NCBI GenBank assembly: GCA_976551045.1
Contig: CDPCPM010000092.1
Coordinates: 9,362,001-9,426,000, forward strand
Direction of reading: 5' to 3'
DNA from: Glaucostegus cemiculus
Taxonomy: Eukaryota
Length of the DNA stretch: 64,000 bases
Part shown: positions 25,520-39,069 of the stretch, in pieces
Layout of the letters: the number at the start of each line of letters is the position of its first letter
Position numbering within the stretch: position 1 is the stretch's first letter
The notes under the pieces: model-generated
Database searches by the model: none
Told to the model about the DNA's origin: nothing
Seen by the model: the letters and a program-made list of their open reading frames with translations, nothing else
Made by a program: the position numbers and the translations under genes

Positions 25520-26569
25520 TCACCTCTATTGTCTATTGTCAAATAGTGCCACTAACAATTTTGAAAACATAAAACATTTTTATGACAATTTTGAAAACAG
25601 AAAACATAAAACTTTTAAAATTGAAGTCTGAGAAGAATAAATGAGATGGGCGAATGGGAATTTGCATGTCAGATTGCACAGTTTTGGATATCTTGAGAGT
25701 GCAGTTGGAAAAGGTGTCAACGATATGAACTATTCGTGCAAAGAATCTTCTTAGTGGAAGCCATTTTCTTTTGTTTTATTATGTTGTGTATTTTTCTAAT
25801 TTATACATGATGTGTCATTATTGTCTTTTTTTTCTCATTTTTTATTTCATTACATACTCTGGGTACTTTTGCTCCCTGCTTTTAATTCTTCCCATTGTTG
25901 TTCTTTAATCTTTCTAACATATTGTTCCAGTTTACTTTTTTCATTTCCAGCTTCATCCTTCAAACACAGCATTCCTCTGTTTATTATTTTGCACTTTGTC
26001 GTGTTTATGCCCTTCCTAATCTTTATCTCATTCCTTTGTAACGCTGTGAGCACTAGCGCCTCTTTGCTCCCCTCCTGTTACAGCTCCTGTCTGTGTTTGT
26101 TTGATTCTCATTATGAGATCCAACAGTCTCACTGTTTGTTGGGCTTGTGCATACCAGGTTAGAATCAACTCTTGCGTACATTGTACGATTCCATTCCTTG
26201 CACCCTTTTACTACCTTTTCTTATTGTTTGGAGTTGAAAACTCCCTTGATTGTTACTTTATGTGCTTTAATTTTTTCCAGTTTCTCTTGCACGTTTTTTC
26301 CTGCATGGTGCTAGTAGCATGCTTTATCATAATCAATTCCTACTCTTCTTTCATTTCAGTCCATATAGATTTTGTTTCAAAACTTCTGTTAGCTGTTTTC
26401 CTTTTCTTAGTACTGGAATTATATTATGTCTAATTAGTATAACTTATTGCTTTACTTTCCTTTTCCTCTCTAGAACCTGCACAGTTCAGTTGTAGGTTCT
26501 ATTTTTTACATAGCATAGTTTCCACTATCCCTACTCTATCTGACTCCTCATTACAGGTGATGAATATTA

Positions 26570-26790
26570 AGAAATGCAGCCACTTGAAATCCAAAATTAA
26601 AATAGAAAATGCTGGAAACTCTCAGCATCTGTGGAAAAAGGAATGGAATTAATATTTCAGCTTGAAGGCCCTTCGTCAGAATACTGTTACAGCACAGTTC
26701 TGTTGAAGGATCTTTGACCTGAAACATTGTGTTTTGTTTTTCCATAGATGCTGCCTAATCTAGTGAGTGCTTCCAACACTTTTTGTTTTT
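26570..26790. mobile_element. Palindromic Penelope-terminal-repeat element
   Basis: Left arm aaaatgctggaaactctcagcatctgtgg...cttcgtcagaa is inverted against ttctgttgaagg...ccatagatgctg...ttccaacacttttt. Confidence 0.75.
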
Positions 26791-27099
26791 GTTTTTGTTT
26801 GACTTTATTCTTCGTCACAGATAAAATTGACTCCTGCATACAACCAAAACTCCATTCACTGCATCCTTTCTGCTTTCTCTTCTTAATGTTTGGAGTTAAA
26901 AGTTACCTTGAATAGTATTCTAAGTACTTTCCCCACTAATGTCTTCTGTTCTTTATCTTTGTTTTGCATGTGGTGTATGTTTTTGAGCATGCAGTATAAT
27001 TGCTTCTCAATAGTTGTTCCTGTTAATTTCAACACTCCTTTTATACTTAGGTATTATAACTGTATTTGTTTCCTGATACCCTTATGGCACTCTGGTTCC

Positions 27100-27570
27100 A
27101 GAAAGAAGTGAGACCAATTATAGACCAATTAGTTTAAACATCTGTTGCTGGGAACTTGCTGGAGCATCAAGGAAGAGATAACTAGTCATTGAGAAAAATT
27201 TAACCAATTGAACATGGTTTTACGAAAGGGAAATCATGTTTGACAAACTTGCTGGAATTCTTCGAGAATATAACAAGCAGAGCTGATTGAGAGAACCCAT
27301 AGATCTAGTCTATTTGAATTTCCAGAAAGCATTCAAAAAGGTGTCACAGAAAAAGCTGATGTGCAAAAGAGCTCATGGTATTGGGGGAAATGTGTTAACA
27401 TGGATTGAAGACTGGTTATCACATGGAAGACAAAAAGTCAAAATAAACGGGTCTTTTTCAGTCTGAAAAGGAGGTAATTACGAAAGTAGATGACATATAG
27501 TCCTTTATTGCTGGGGGTGGGGGGCAGAGTTGGAAGTTAGAAGTATTGCTATAATTGTTCAGGGTGTTGT
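27100..27570 (+). mobile_element. Old CR1 (5' half of a host element, continued at 29906-30490)
   Basis: NYRPISL, HGFTKGKSCLTNLLEFFE and FQKAFKKV motifs. Reads through the TSD into LLWPLLEYCVQFW at 29906. Confidence 0.85.
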
Positions 27571-27603
27571 GATAGGTGTTGTGTTGTGTTATAATTGTTC
27601 AGG

Positions 27604-29905
27604 TGATTTGATACTAGGTAATGAACCTGGTCAGGTGTCAGATCTCTCAGTGGGTGAACATTTTGGTGATAGTGATCATAATTCTATCTCCTTAATGTTG
27701 ACGATGGCGAGGGATAGGAACAGGCAGACTAGAAAGGCGTTTAATTGGAGTAAAGGGAATTATGAGGTTCTCAGGCAAGAAATTGGAAGTTTAAATTGGG
27801 AGCAGTTGCTCTCTGGGAAAAGTACGGAAGATATGTGACAGATATTCAGGAGGTATTTGTGTGGAGCTCTTCACAGACATGTTCTGATGAGACAGGAGTC
27901 ACGAGAGGATGCAGGAACTGTGGCGTATGAAGGCTATAATAAAGCTAGTCAAGAAGAAAAGAAAAGCACACAAAAGGTACAGGGAGCTGGGTAATGTTAG
28001 GGATCTGGAAGGGTACAAGGCTAAAAGGAAGGAACTTAAGAAAGAGATTAGGAGAGCCAGAAGAGGGCATGAGAAGGCCTTGGCGGGTAGGATTAAGGAA
28101 AACCCCAAGGCGTTCTACAGGTATGTGAAGAGTAAGAGGATGAGACATGAAAGGATAGGGCCTATCAAGAGCGGAAGTGGGAAAGTGTGTATGGATCCAG
28201 AAGAAATAGCGGAGGTGCTTAATGAATACTTTACTTCAGTATTCACTACAGAAAAGGATCTAGCAGATTGCAGTGGCCTGAAAAGATTGAACGTGTGGAT
28301 ATTAGAAAAGAGGAGGTGCTGAAACTTTTGGAGAGCATTAAGTTAGGTAAGTCACCGGGATCGGATGAGATGTACCCCAGATTGCTGTGGGAGGTGAGGG
28401 AAGAGATTGCGGAGCCTCTGACAATGATCTTTGCATTGTCAATGGAGATGGGAGAGGTTCCGGAAGATTGGAGGGTTGCGGATGTTGTGCCCTTATTCAA
28501 GGAGGGGAGTAGGGATAGCCGGGGGAATTATAGACCGGTGAGTCTTACCTCGGTGGTTGGTAAGTTGATGGAGAGGATCCTGAGAGGCAGGATTTATGAA
28601 CATTTGGAGAGATATAGTATGATTAGGAATAGTCAGCATGGCTTTGTCAAGGGCAGGTCCTGTCTTACGAGTCTGATAGAATTTTTTGAGGAGGTGACTA
28701 AGCACGTCGATGAAGGGAGAACAGTAGATGTAGTGTATATGGATTTCAGCGAGGCATTTGACAAGGTGCCCCATACAAGGCTTATGGAGAAGGTGAGGAG
28801 ACACGGGATCCAAGGGGACATTGCAGTGTGGATTCAGAATTGGCTGGCCCACAGAAGGCAAAGAGTAGTTGTTGAAGGGTTGTATTCTGAGTGGTGGTCG
28901 GTGACCTCCGGTGTACCTCAGGGATCTGTACTGGGACCCTTACTGTTTGTCATTTTTATAAACGACCTGGATGAGGAAGTAGAAGGGTGGGTTAGTAAGT
29001 TTGCGGACGATACGAAGGTTGGGGGAGTTGTGGATAGTTTGGAGGTCTGTCAGAGGTTACAGAGGGATGTAAATAGGATGCAGAGTTGGGCTGAGAAGTG
29101 GCAGATGCAGTTCAACCCAGATAAGCGTGAAGTGGTTCATTTTGGTAGGTCGAATATGTTGGCGGAATGTAGTATTAATGGTAGGACTCTTGGTAGTGTG
29201 GAGGATCAGAGAGATCTTGGGGTCCGAGTCCATAGGACGCTCAAGGCAGCTGTGCAGGTTGACTCTGTGGTTAAGAAGGCATATGGTGTATTGTCCTTCA
29301 TCATTCGCGGGATTGAATTTAGGAGCCGAGAGGTATTGCTTCAGTTGTATAGGTCCCTGGTCAGGCCCGACTTGGAGTATTGTGCTCAGTTCTGGTCGCC
29401 TCACTACAGGAAGGATGTGGAGGCCTTAGAGAGGGTGTAGAGGAGGTTTACGAGGATGCTGCCTGGAATGCGGAGCATGCCTTATGAGAGCAGGTTGCGG
29501 GAACTCGGCCTCTTCTCCCTGGAGAGGAGGAGGATGAGGGGGGATCTGATAGAGGTATATAAGATGATGAGAGGTATTGATCGGGAAGATAGTCAGAGGC
29601 TTTTCCCCAGGGCTAAAATGGTTGCCACAAGAGGACATAGGTTTAAGGTGCTGGGGAGTAGATATAGAGGAGATGTCAGGGGTAAGTTTTTTACTCAGAG
29701 AGTGGTGAGTGCGTGGAATGGGCTGCCGGAAAGGGTTATGGAGGTGGATATGATAGGGTCTTTCAAGAGACTGTTGGATAGGTACATGGAGCAAAATAAG
29801 ATAAGGGGCTATGGGTAAGCCTAGTAGTTTCTAGTGTAGGGACATGTTCGGCACAGCTTTGTGGGCCGAAGGGCCTGAATTGTGCTGTAGGTGTTCTATG
29901 TTCTA
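27604..29905 (+). mobile_element. Younger 5'-truncated CR1 LINE (endonuclease C-terminus, RT, 3' UTR), inactivated by stops and frameshifts; TSD TGTTGT
   Basis: GDSDHNSI (APE), YRPVSLTS, QHGF, AFDKV, SGVPQGSVLGPLLF and KFADD motifs. Stops at 27836 and 29438, frameshift near 28270. (TTCTATG)n tail. TSD at 27565-27570 and 29906-29911. Confidence 0.97.
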
Positions 29906-30490
29906 TGTTGTTGTGGCCACTTCTGGAGTACTGTGTACAGTTCTGGTGCCCTTGTTTAAGTAAAGATGTACTAGCATTGGAGGAAATCCAAAAGGGATTC
30001 ACTCAGCTAATTCCTGGGATAAGAGTGTTGTCCTAAGATGATTCACTCATTGAAATTTAGAAGAATGAGAAGTGATCTTAATTCCTTTAGATTTAGAAGA
30101 ATGAGGGGTGATCTTTATGAATCATATAAGATCCTAAGTGGGCATGATAGGGAAGGTATTCAGATGTTTCCATGAGTGGGAAAACCTTGAACAAGGGGCC
30201 ATAGATACAAGATAAGGGAATGGCCATTTAAAACTGAGATACACAGGAATTTCTTCTCATGGATGGTGGTGAATCTCTCAGATTCTCTAACCTGGAGGAC
30301 TGTAAAGCAAGATTGCTGGAGGTATTTAAAGAGGAGGTAGATGCATTTTTGAAATATTGGGAAATTAAGAGCCATGTGGAACTGGCACAGAAGAGGAGTT
30401 GAGGCCTGGGGCAGATCAGTCATGAGCCTATTGACTGGTGGAGCAGGCGCGAGAGATGAGCTGCTTCTGCTCCTGTGTTCTTGTTTCCTG
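29906..30490 (+). mobile_element. Old CR1 3' half (host of the 27604 insertion)
   Basis: ctggagtactgtgtacagttctgg through the 3' UTR tail gctcctgtgttcttgtttc. Confidence 0.85.
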
Positions 30491-31359
30491 ACTGTTTCTT
30501 CCTTCGGCCTTTACTCGCTTCTCCTATTTCTTTTATCTTCAAATGCATTTGTTTCTCCAGATGTCTCCCCTCAAGATATAAAATTCTATGAATTGCTCAA
30601 CTTATCCATCTTGATAGCAAATTGTAAGTTGTGGAACCTCAGGTAACAAGTAGTAAAATTCTGTGGCCAAAACAGTGGAAAAGAAGACGGAAAACCATGA
30701 CCTAACTGCAGTGCCCTTGAATACTGTGTCCACTTCTGACATGGAAAGAAATGCTGGATGTGGACATAAGAATGATCCTTAATGTCAGAACTTTGATTCT
30801 TGTGAAAAGATTTCATAAATGGGCTTTCAACCCTGAGATAAGGGTCTAAGAGACCTGTAGGATATGTGTAAGGAAAAAAATTACATATATCATAAGGTTA
30901 AAATAGCTTTGTGATCATGGTAGTGGACTTGAAATGTAGGCATTAAATAAAAACAGCAAATACTCAGCAAGTCCAGCAGCTTCTGTGATCCGTGGCCCTG
31001 ATCGTATCTGTGGCAGTGGCCCAATTGCAGCTTGGGGCTCACTCAAACCATTCCAAGGTATGAGGACCCCAGCACACACCACTGAACAAGTTTATCCTTC
31101 AACTCCTAATATTCCTCTCCATGTCCATTCCCCAATCTTCCATTTTCATTTTCTTTCAGTCCCAATGCAGTATAGAACTTTAGAAGCAACTGCCATCTGC
31201 AAGTTCAACAGGCTCATCCACAGATGCTGCCTGACCTGCTGAACATTTCAAATTTCTGGCATGTGCAGTTTGATCAGCCCTTTGCATCCAGCCCAGGTAC
31301 ATGAGGGGAGGTAGTGTATCTGGGCAGTGAGTGAGACGATGGCGCATCTTGAGGAGCCA

Positions 31360-31575
31360 ATGCCTCACAATGTCAGGGATCTGGGTTCAGTCCAAAGACA
31401 TGCAGGTTGGAGGGTTAATTGACCACTGTAAAGATCCTCCAGTAAGTGAGCGGTAGTATCTGGAGGGAACATGGGGAGAATAAATAGAGCTGAGTGTTGG
31501 ATTAGTGCACATAGTCAGCATGAACTTGATGGATCGAAGTGCCTGTTTCCATGCTGTATAACTCCATGACTCTAT
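31360..31575 (+). mobile_element. V-SINE with internal deletion, CR1-type tail
   Basis: gggatctgggttcagtcc, caaagacatgcaggttgg and tail gcctgtttccatgctgtataactccatgactcta. Confidence 0.65.
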
Positions 31576-32219
31576 TGCCCCATATGCTTTGAAGCTGATC
31601 TGAAATCAGACAGGTTGCCAATAATCAAGCAGCTTGGTCCAAGTCAATATGAAGCATTCAATGCACTTGCACAGCACTCAAACAGTGCAACTAACCCTGA
31701 GCACTTGCAAACAACGACTGCATACAAAGTTCGCAGCTGTATTGGAGATGAAGGAAAATTGAGAGGGAGGTGGGGGAATGGAGATGGAGGGGTTAGTTAC
31801 TCAGGGAGGGAAGAGTTGGATGATTCAATGGCATGTGATAAGACGTCACGATATGGAGCAACTGGGTGGATCCCTACTGCAGAAGTCATTAAGGCTACAG
31901 ATCACAGTGCCCTAAGGTCAGGAATGCTGTAATTTTTTAATCTGTGCTGCCTTTCTACAAACTAGGTTGTTGTGTTAGAAATATGGCTGGGATTTCCCTT
32001 GGAATTGTGCCTACTCCATACCAGATCCGTAGTCAAAACTGCTTTAAAGATTGGTTATACATTGTAATCTTATCTTAATCTTATTTATTTAGGAAGATTT
32101 TTGCAGTGAAGGGAGGATTTTGGCCAATTTTGCCTTCACTTCAACTTTCCTAACTATAAACCTTTCATGTTTCAGAATTATTTTAAAATGGATTTAACCT
32201 CCTGCTTACTGTTCATGTA

Positions 32220-32574
32220 GACATAAGAACATAAGAAATAGGAGCAGGAGGAGGCCATCTGGCCCCTCTAGCCTGCTCCACCATTCATTAAGATCATGGC
32301 TAATCTGGCCGTGGACTCAGCTCCACATACCTGCCTTTTTCCCATAACCCATAATCCCCCTACTATACAAAAATCTATCTAACTGTGTCTTAAGTATATT
32401 TAATGAGGTAGCCTGCACTGCTTCCCTGGGCAAAGAATTCCACAGATTCACTGCTCTCTGGGAAAAGCAATCCCTCCTCATCTCCATCCTAAATCTACTT
32501 CCCCGAATCTTGAGGCTATGTCCCCTAGTTCTAGTCTCAGCTACCAGTGGAAACAACTTTCCTGCCTCTATCTT
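32220..32574 (-). mobile_element. CR1 3' fragment, possible TSD ATGTA
   Basis: FPLVAETRTRGHSLKIRG...FSQRAVNLWNSLP peptide and (ttcttatg)n tail. ATGTA at 32215-32219 and 32575-32579. Confidence 0.9.
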
Positions 32575-33611
32575 ATGTACTGATTCTGTTGGACAGATAA
32601 TATCACTACAGCAGTGTCAGATTTATATTGCTGTAAATTCTGTACCTGTGAACCTGTGCTTTAACTAAATACCTTGTTATTTGGTTTTTAATATAACTAC
32701 ATTATTCATTCATTTCTTGAGCTTTTTCACATGCATAAAATCATAAAAAGGCAGTTGTTTTAACCCATCACGTCTCTGCCAGCTTTTTGATGAATTGTTC
32801 AGTTTAGCTAATTTTTTCAGCAATTTTTCCATAATTTTTCAATGTAGTCCTCTTGAAGTAGTCCAATAATTTGTGGCATTTTTGTGGAATTTGATTCCAC
32901 ATTTTTGCTACATCACTTATGTTCGATGTGGAAACCATAAAATCGATGAGGGGCAGCCGCAGCTTTTATGTAAAATTATCCCAGATACATAGTCGATATT
33001 TAGTGATGACTTCCAGATTTGTACAAAAGCAGTAAGTGTTCCTGAGGTGAAGCAAAACTTTGTCTTAAGTATTCCTACCTCTTAAAATTTTGTATCTCAT
33101 AGGAACTGTTTCAGCTTCATTTCCTTAACGCTACCTCAGTATTGCACCGAATGATCAGACTGGATTGGTTGGCAGATTGGACATGAACCTGTAACCTTAT
33201 GACACAGGCAAGAGACTTCTACCACTTAGTCAAGCTGGGACTTAATTAATAAATCTTTAGGAATAGACATGTGACATCTCCAGAGTATACATTGGTAAGG
33301 TTGTAGTAGGGAGCAGTGTGGAAGAGAAGTGAGCTCAGAATTTGGAGATCAATGAATACCTTAATCATTTACCTTTTGGAATTGGTGAATGTTTGTACAG
33401 AGTTTTCATTCAGAAGATTACATAGGTGAAGTACTATCCATGATGGAGTTATGCATCACTTTTGTAAAGATGAGGTTGAAAGGCCAAATAGCCTTTTCCA
33501 GCTTTCTTGCAAATCTGGCTGAGCAGCACTGCTGAACAGCTCAACTCAGTTCTTGTGTCATTCAGCAACCATGTACTGTGCTTGGGAATAACAAGTGTGC
33601 ATTACTTTCAG

Positions 33612-33721
33612 CCATGGAGTTCCATGAAAATCTGCACAATATTGGAGTTAAAGAAGGCCTTAAAGGAAGAAAGCTTCACAAGGCTGTTGAGAGCTTTACA
33701 TGGAACATCACTATTCTTAAG
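33612..33721 (+). CDS. PLCL2: PLCL2 penultimate exon (110 nt, phase 1 to 0), AMEFHENLHNIGVKEGLKGRKLHKAVESFTWNITILK
   Basis: Acceptor attactttcAG and donor AAG|gtatta. The ESFTWNITILK motif is characteristic of the PLCL2 C-terminal region. In frame with both neighbouring exons. Confidence 0.95.
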
Positions 33722-33849
33722 GTATTATCACTATTTTATTATAAAGAATGCTGATTGACAGTATAGCCATGCCTGATAAACAATAAATTTTCTCTAGGCA
33801 GGCAAAAGAAACCATAAAAAAATCAATTGAATTTTTAGTTTTATAATTA

Positions 33850-34350
33850 AAGTAACAAAATATAAATGTAATGATAGATTATACATAAGATTATTTAGGC
33901 CACAGCTGGATACTGTTTATAATATTTGATGTTTTATTTTATAAGGAAGGTTTTAAAGCCATTGAGAGTATTCAGGACAGATTCATTAGGATAGTGCCAG
34001 AAATGAGAAATTGCAGCTACAACCTAAGATGTTAAATACTGGGGCTATTTCCAGTGGAGAAGGTTAAGAGCTGATTTAATAGAAGCTTTCAGAATGTTGA
34101 AGGACTTGATAGATTGAATATGGATAGTTTATATCTTTGAATTATGGAACATCTTTTTAAAATATCCCAAAAGATAGGATAGGAGAAAATCATTAAACAT
34201 TTTGAAGCATAGCTTCCTTTGCCACAGGAAACAATTTTTAGAGCAGATATTAGAAGCTTATTTGAAGATACAGTGAGATAGGTTTTGGATTGTTCTCTCT
34301 AAGATGAAATGAAAGTACAATGGGCCAAATGGCCTCCTACATTGTAAAAT
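33850..34350 (+). mobile_element. Very old CR1 3' remnant
   Basis: taggccacagctggatactg, gagagtattcaggacagattcattaggatagtgccag and tail atgggccaaatggcctcct. Confidence 0.6.
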
Positions 34351-37300
34351 ATTTTATAGTCAAGACTGCAGATAATTGAAGACACAAGAGACTGCATATG
34401 ATGGGGATGCTAGACTGCAGATGCAGACAATTGAAAATGTGATTACAGAAAAGTGGTTTTTTGCAGGTTAAAATTTGCAGAATTTTGCTAATCAATAAGA
34501 TCTTAATTTTGCATTGGGCAATTTGAATAAACCATAAATGTCAGTGAAATATTTGACTTTGGATTTAAAGTTGAGAATGTGGTAATAGAAGTGACTGTGT
34601 TAACCACTTATCTGATAATATGCTAAAACCAAATTATATGAAAGTAGTCTCCAGTTTAGAAAAGGTTAAATACAACTCATCACTTATTTTAAAAAAATAC
34701 ACTTAATTTAATATCACTGATTATCACTGGATGAAATAGAACTGCAAAACTGTTAGTAAAATGGAAACATTCAGCAATGTGTGTACAAATAGTTGTGTCT
34801 CTCAAGGAATTCAGTGATTAAGAACAAGTTTGATGCGGTAAGGATTCATGAACTGCATTGGAGGTTTTTTCATAATGATATTTTCATAACAGCAGCATGA
34901 AAATCATTTGTGATCTTGGAAACGCGTTGTTTTCTTTTTTAGCCAGACATGTATCCTGTTTTCCCAGCTAATATAAGGTTTTCCCAGCTAATCAACAGTC
35001 ACTCTAATGAATATGTGTTCGGTCTGTAACCTACATCTTTGAATCATGTCCTTTGTCCTTTGTGAAGAACACATGCAGAGATAAAGATAAATGCTCATAA
35101 GGATTTTTATTTCTTTTGTATCAGTATCCTTCATTGGATTAAACATTCTTCAAAACCAACTTTTTTTTACTTCCATTACATGTATATATTATGTTATTTT
35201 ATTTTTGTCACATTTCATTCCATCCTAATTTTCTGAGCTGAAAGAAGCAGTGTTTCTGTAAGGCCTAGCTTATTTTAACACCTGTGTACTACCTCTCCCT
35301 TAGCAGCCCCCTCTCCCCCATCCCCCCCTCCACCTCACCACCAACGAGGAATGTACTGGTGTAAGAATGGGGAACAGTTGTTAAAAAGTTTATTATGTTA
35401 TAAGTATTTATTGCTTTCCTTTGTCTGCTGCAGAGCAGCTATTAGCATGCAGCTGAGAGGGATTTTACACATTGCTGTATGTGTTCAGGAGTCAAATCTG
35501 CATTTCTACCACTCTAGCCAGAAGATAATTTTGCAAAATCTTGTTACTCACAGCAGTGATGTTTGGCTCACTGGACAGTCTGGAATTCACTTATAAACTT
35601 GCATGACTCCTCTGAGGTTAGAGAGCAGTTAGTAAGGATTTAAGGACAAGTTTGCGACTAATGCACCAACCTCAGATCAGAATGCTACACGAATATTGCA
35701 AAATGCACAAAACATTTGAGATCACTTAGTGATCCTATAAAGCATAAGGGTATTCAGAACTAGTCTATCTCTGTATTTCAAAGTTCAAAGAAATACTGCA
35801 GTCTATTTTCATATTTCCCAAAAGTGCTTTTGCTGAAATTGCTACCTGTTGAATTTTCACATGCTATCTGCCTCTCTTTTCTCTCTGTGTAATCAATACT
35901 ACATAGACATTGGTCACGATTTCAACAAGTTAGCTAGTAGTAGTCCCACACTCCTTTCATAGATCATATAGCCTTCCGTAACTCATTTACAATTCCCCTC
36001 ACCAGTCACATCATTCTTTACTTGTCCACATTAAATAACATCTACCACTTGTGAGCCCAATTCATTCAACTCTACTTATCCAAAATGAAGGAAAGAATAT
36101 GCATTTATAGAACAACTTAGATGATCTCAGAGCATCCCAATCACTTTATAGTCAATAACGTTCTTCATCAAGTGTAGTTACGTCTCTAATGAATGAAGCA
36201 TGATAACTATTGACTACCCTTTGGGACCACAGCAATGAAATGATTGATTAGCTACTCAGTCTTACGGGTTGGCTAAGTGATAGATGTTTCCCAGGACAGT
36301 GGATGAACACTGTTATGATCCTGGAACTGGTCCCTGAGGCAACCTGTCAATTACTCTCTTCTATTCTGAAAAGGCTTCATGTTTAAAAAAAACAAAATAG
36401 AATGTATGAATTAACAGTGATCTGCAATAACAATATTATATAGACAAACTCGCAAAATAAGATTGATGTTTCTTAAGTGGAGGGGAAGATGGGAGGAAGG
36501 AAGTCCACTGGTATTCTGATGGACAGTTAACTATCATTTCTTTTATCTCCCTGTCTTTTTAATGTATTATTAATAAAACTGTCACTGATATTCAGACAAG
36601 TAGGTTTGTTTTAAGAATGATGAATTGAAATATCCAACTGTTTCCACAAACAGCAAGTGAAGACCATTTAAAATACAGTATTTTTTCAATGAACCACTAT
36701 TGCTGATAAATTGCACAGGAATGATTTATTCCATGACGCAGTAGTTACATGCTAGTGCTGTTTGACTCCACCTGATAGCTTTTTGATATAAGTGGGAATT
36801 TGTGAAGTAATTGCTGTGCCAATCTTCATAATTGAAATAACTTAATACAGTACTACAGCTGGTGGCCTAAAGATTCATATAAAAGAGACAGGGAAACTGG
36901 GTTGAATCAACAGATGATTTTTTTCAGTGGTTCTATGTTGTGCTGGAGTGGGAGTAAGGAAACAGGAGGGTCACAGATCTGGATTTGGGCAGGTCATCGA
37001 AAAATGCTTGGAATGGGGAGTCAGAGCATTGATCAATAGGGTGTTGGAGATATTTTTAAGGCAAAGTAGACCTACTTAAAATCAGTTTCCAGGGAACAGA
37101 AGCAAGTCCCACATGCATGATGAAGATTCTTTTCTGAATAACGGCCCATGCCATCTGTAGGCCATGCACAGATCAATGAAAGTTGTTGAAGGAATGTCTA
37201 GGTCTGCACTATGTGCTTTGGAAGGCATTGATTGTGCCTGTTTGGGTGCCTCAGTTCATCTGAGGGTCTGGAAGGAAAAACTCCTAAGAAACAGCATTTC

Positions 37301-37761
37301 ATGACACAACATTAAGTTGCACTCTGCAATCAATTTCCAGGCTGGTCATCCCTTTTAAATTCAGTCAGATCAGATATGGAGCATTTTGCCCTGAGTAAAG
37401 CACGTCTGAGTTGATATAAAAAAGTAAGAATAGAATTACTGTGCAGCATTTGCATCCTTTTGAGCACGTCCCACAGGAGTTCAGATCCAGTGAAGTACTT
37501 TTAAAGTGATGCTATGATGTCAGAAATGTGACATCCAACTTGCACATAGAACACTCCACAAACAGCTGTGTGAAAATGGTCAAATCTGCATTTTACTCCT
37601 TTTAGGTAAGATATAGACACGATGCCAGGGATGTCTTTCCAACTGTTCTCTGAAATAGTTTGATACTTCTTACCACCTGGAAGAGCAGAAGGCCTCAGTT
37701 TACCATCTTTTTGTGTTTAAGTCCTTGGAGTGAGATTTATTCCCCAACCTTCTGACAGTAG

Positions 37762-38010
37762 CAGAGTTTGCATGTTCTCCCCATTTTCCTTTGGGTGCTT
37801 TGGTTTCCTTCCACACTCAAAAGATGTGCAAGTTTGTAGGTTAGTTGGACACTGTATATTGCCCTGAGTGTGTAAAGGAGTGATAGACTCTGGGAAAAGT
37901 TAATGGAAAGGTGGGGAAGATACATTGGGTTAGGATAGTGTAAAAATGAGTGCTTGTTGGTTAACATGGACTTGGGCTGAATGGTCTGTTATCATCCTTT
38001 ATCTATGACT
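37762..38010 (+). mobile_element. V-SINE (head truncated)
   Basis: gagtttgcatgttctcccc...gggtgctttggtttccttccacactcaaaagatgtgc V-domain with a CR1-type tail. Confidence 0.7.
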
Positions 38011-38384
38011 TTCTTAAGTGTGGCTGAAATGAAACCTTTTGGTTTGACTCTATCTGCTCATTATAAAGAGTACATAATATCACAGTGCTGGGGTGGTTGG
38101 CAGGGGCTGGGAAGGTCTGAGTTTTACTTAGCAAAAGAACAAGTGTTGCAGAGTTACATGCCTGAGTATATTTCTAAAGTGTAAGGGCCAAGAAATTCTG
38201 CTGCAGAGTGCAATGTTTAAATGGAACCATGATCTCTAAATATGATCAGATGCTATGTGCAACCCACTGCCTTGCATCCTTGTATTTCAGTGAAGTCTTC
38301 CGTACATATGACATGTCTTTGCATTGAGGCCAGTTGAGATTTGTTGTGCCATCAATTGGAATTTAACACATGATTGATGCAAAA

Positions 38385-38925
38385 TAGAATAAAAGATACA
38401 GTTCTAAAAGGGTACAGAAGCAAAGAGACCTGGGGGTATGTGTACACAAGTCATTGAAGACGGCAAGGCTGGTTGAGAAAGCGGTTAAATATTTTGAACT
38501 TCATCAATAGAAGCATAAAGTACCAAAGCAGAAAAGTTGTGCTGAATTTTAGTAAGACACTGGTGCAGCCTTAACTGGAATATTGTTTTCAATTCCAGCC
38601 GCTACGTTGTAGGAAAGATGTAAAGGGTGCAGCAAAGATTTACAAGAATGGTTTCTGGGATGAGGGGCCACAGTTACAAGGATAGATAAAAGAAAGGAAC
38701 AAAATAAAGATCAAGAGAATTAACAGAGACATGAGGAAAAACTCTTTTGCAGCATGTGGTTGGAATTTGGAATGCAGTGTCCTTCATGAAGGAATTGGAT
38801 TAATATACAGCAGAGAATAATTTGTAAAGCCACAGAGAGAAGGCCAACGGGTGCAACTAGAGCATTGTTCTGGTAGAGAGCCAGCATGAACATCAGGTGA
38901 TTGGCCTTTCCAGTCTATGATGACT
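38385..38925 (+). mobile_element. Old CR1 3' remnant
   Basis: EQRDLGVCVHKSLK and KTLVQP.LEYCFQF peptides. Confidence 0.7.
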
Positions 38926-39069
38926 TTTTTGTTTACAAATGGCACATGCTGCAGAAGCAGGTCTGATCCAGATAATTTAGGCCTGTTTCTGCATCACTGC
39001 TGGGATATTCAGTAGTGAAGAATCTTCGCTAAAGTATGTTGCTGTTTTTTTTATAATGGTTCTCAGTGA

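Noticed and set aside
28268-29440. 390-aa reverse transcriptase ORF as an active or domesticated gene
   Set aside because: It is part of a 5'-truncated CR1 with flanking stops, a frameshift, a 3' tail and a TSD.
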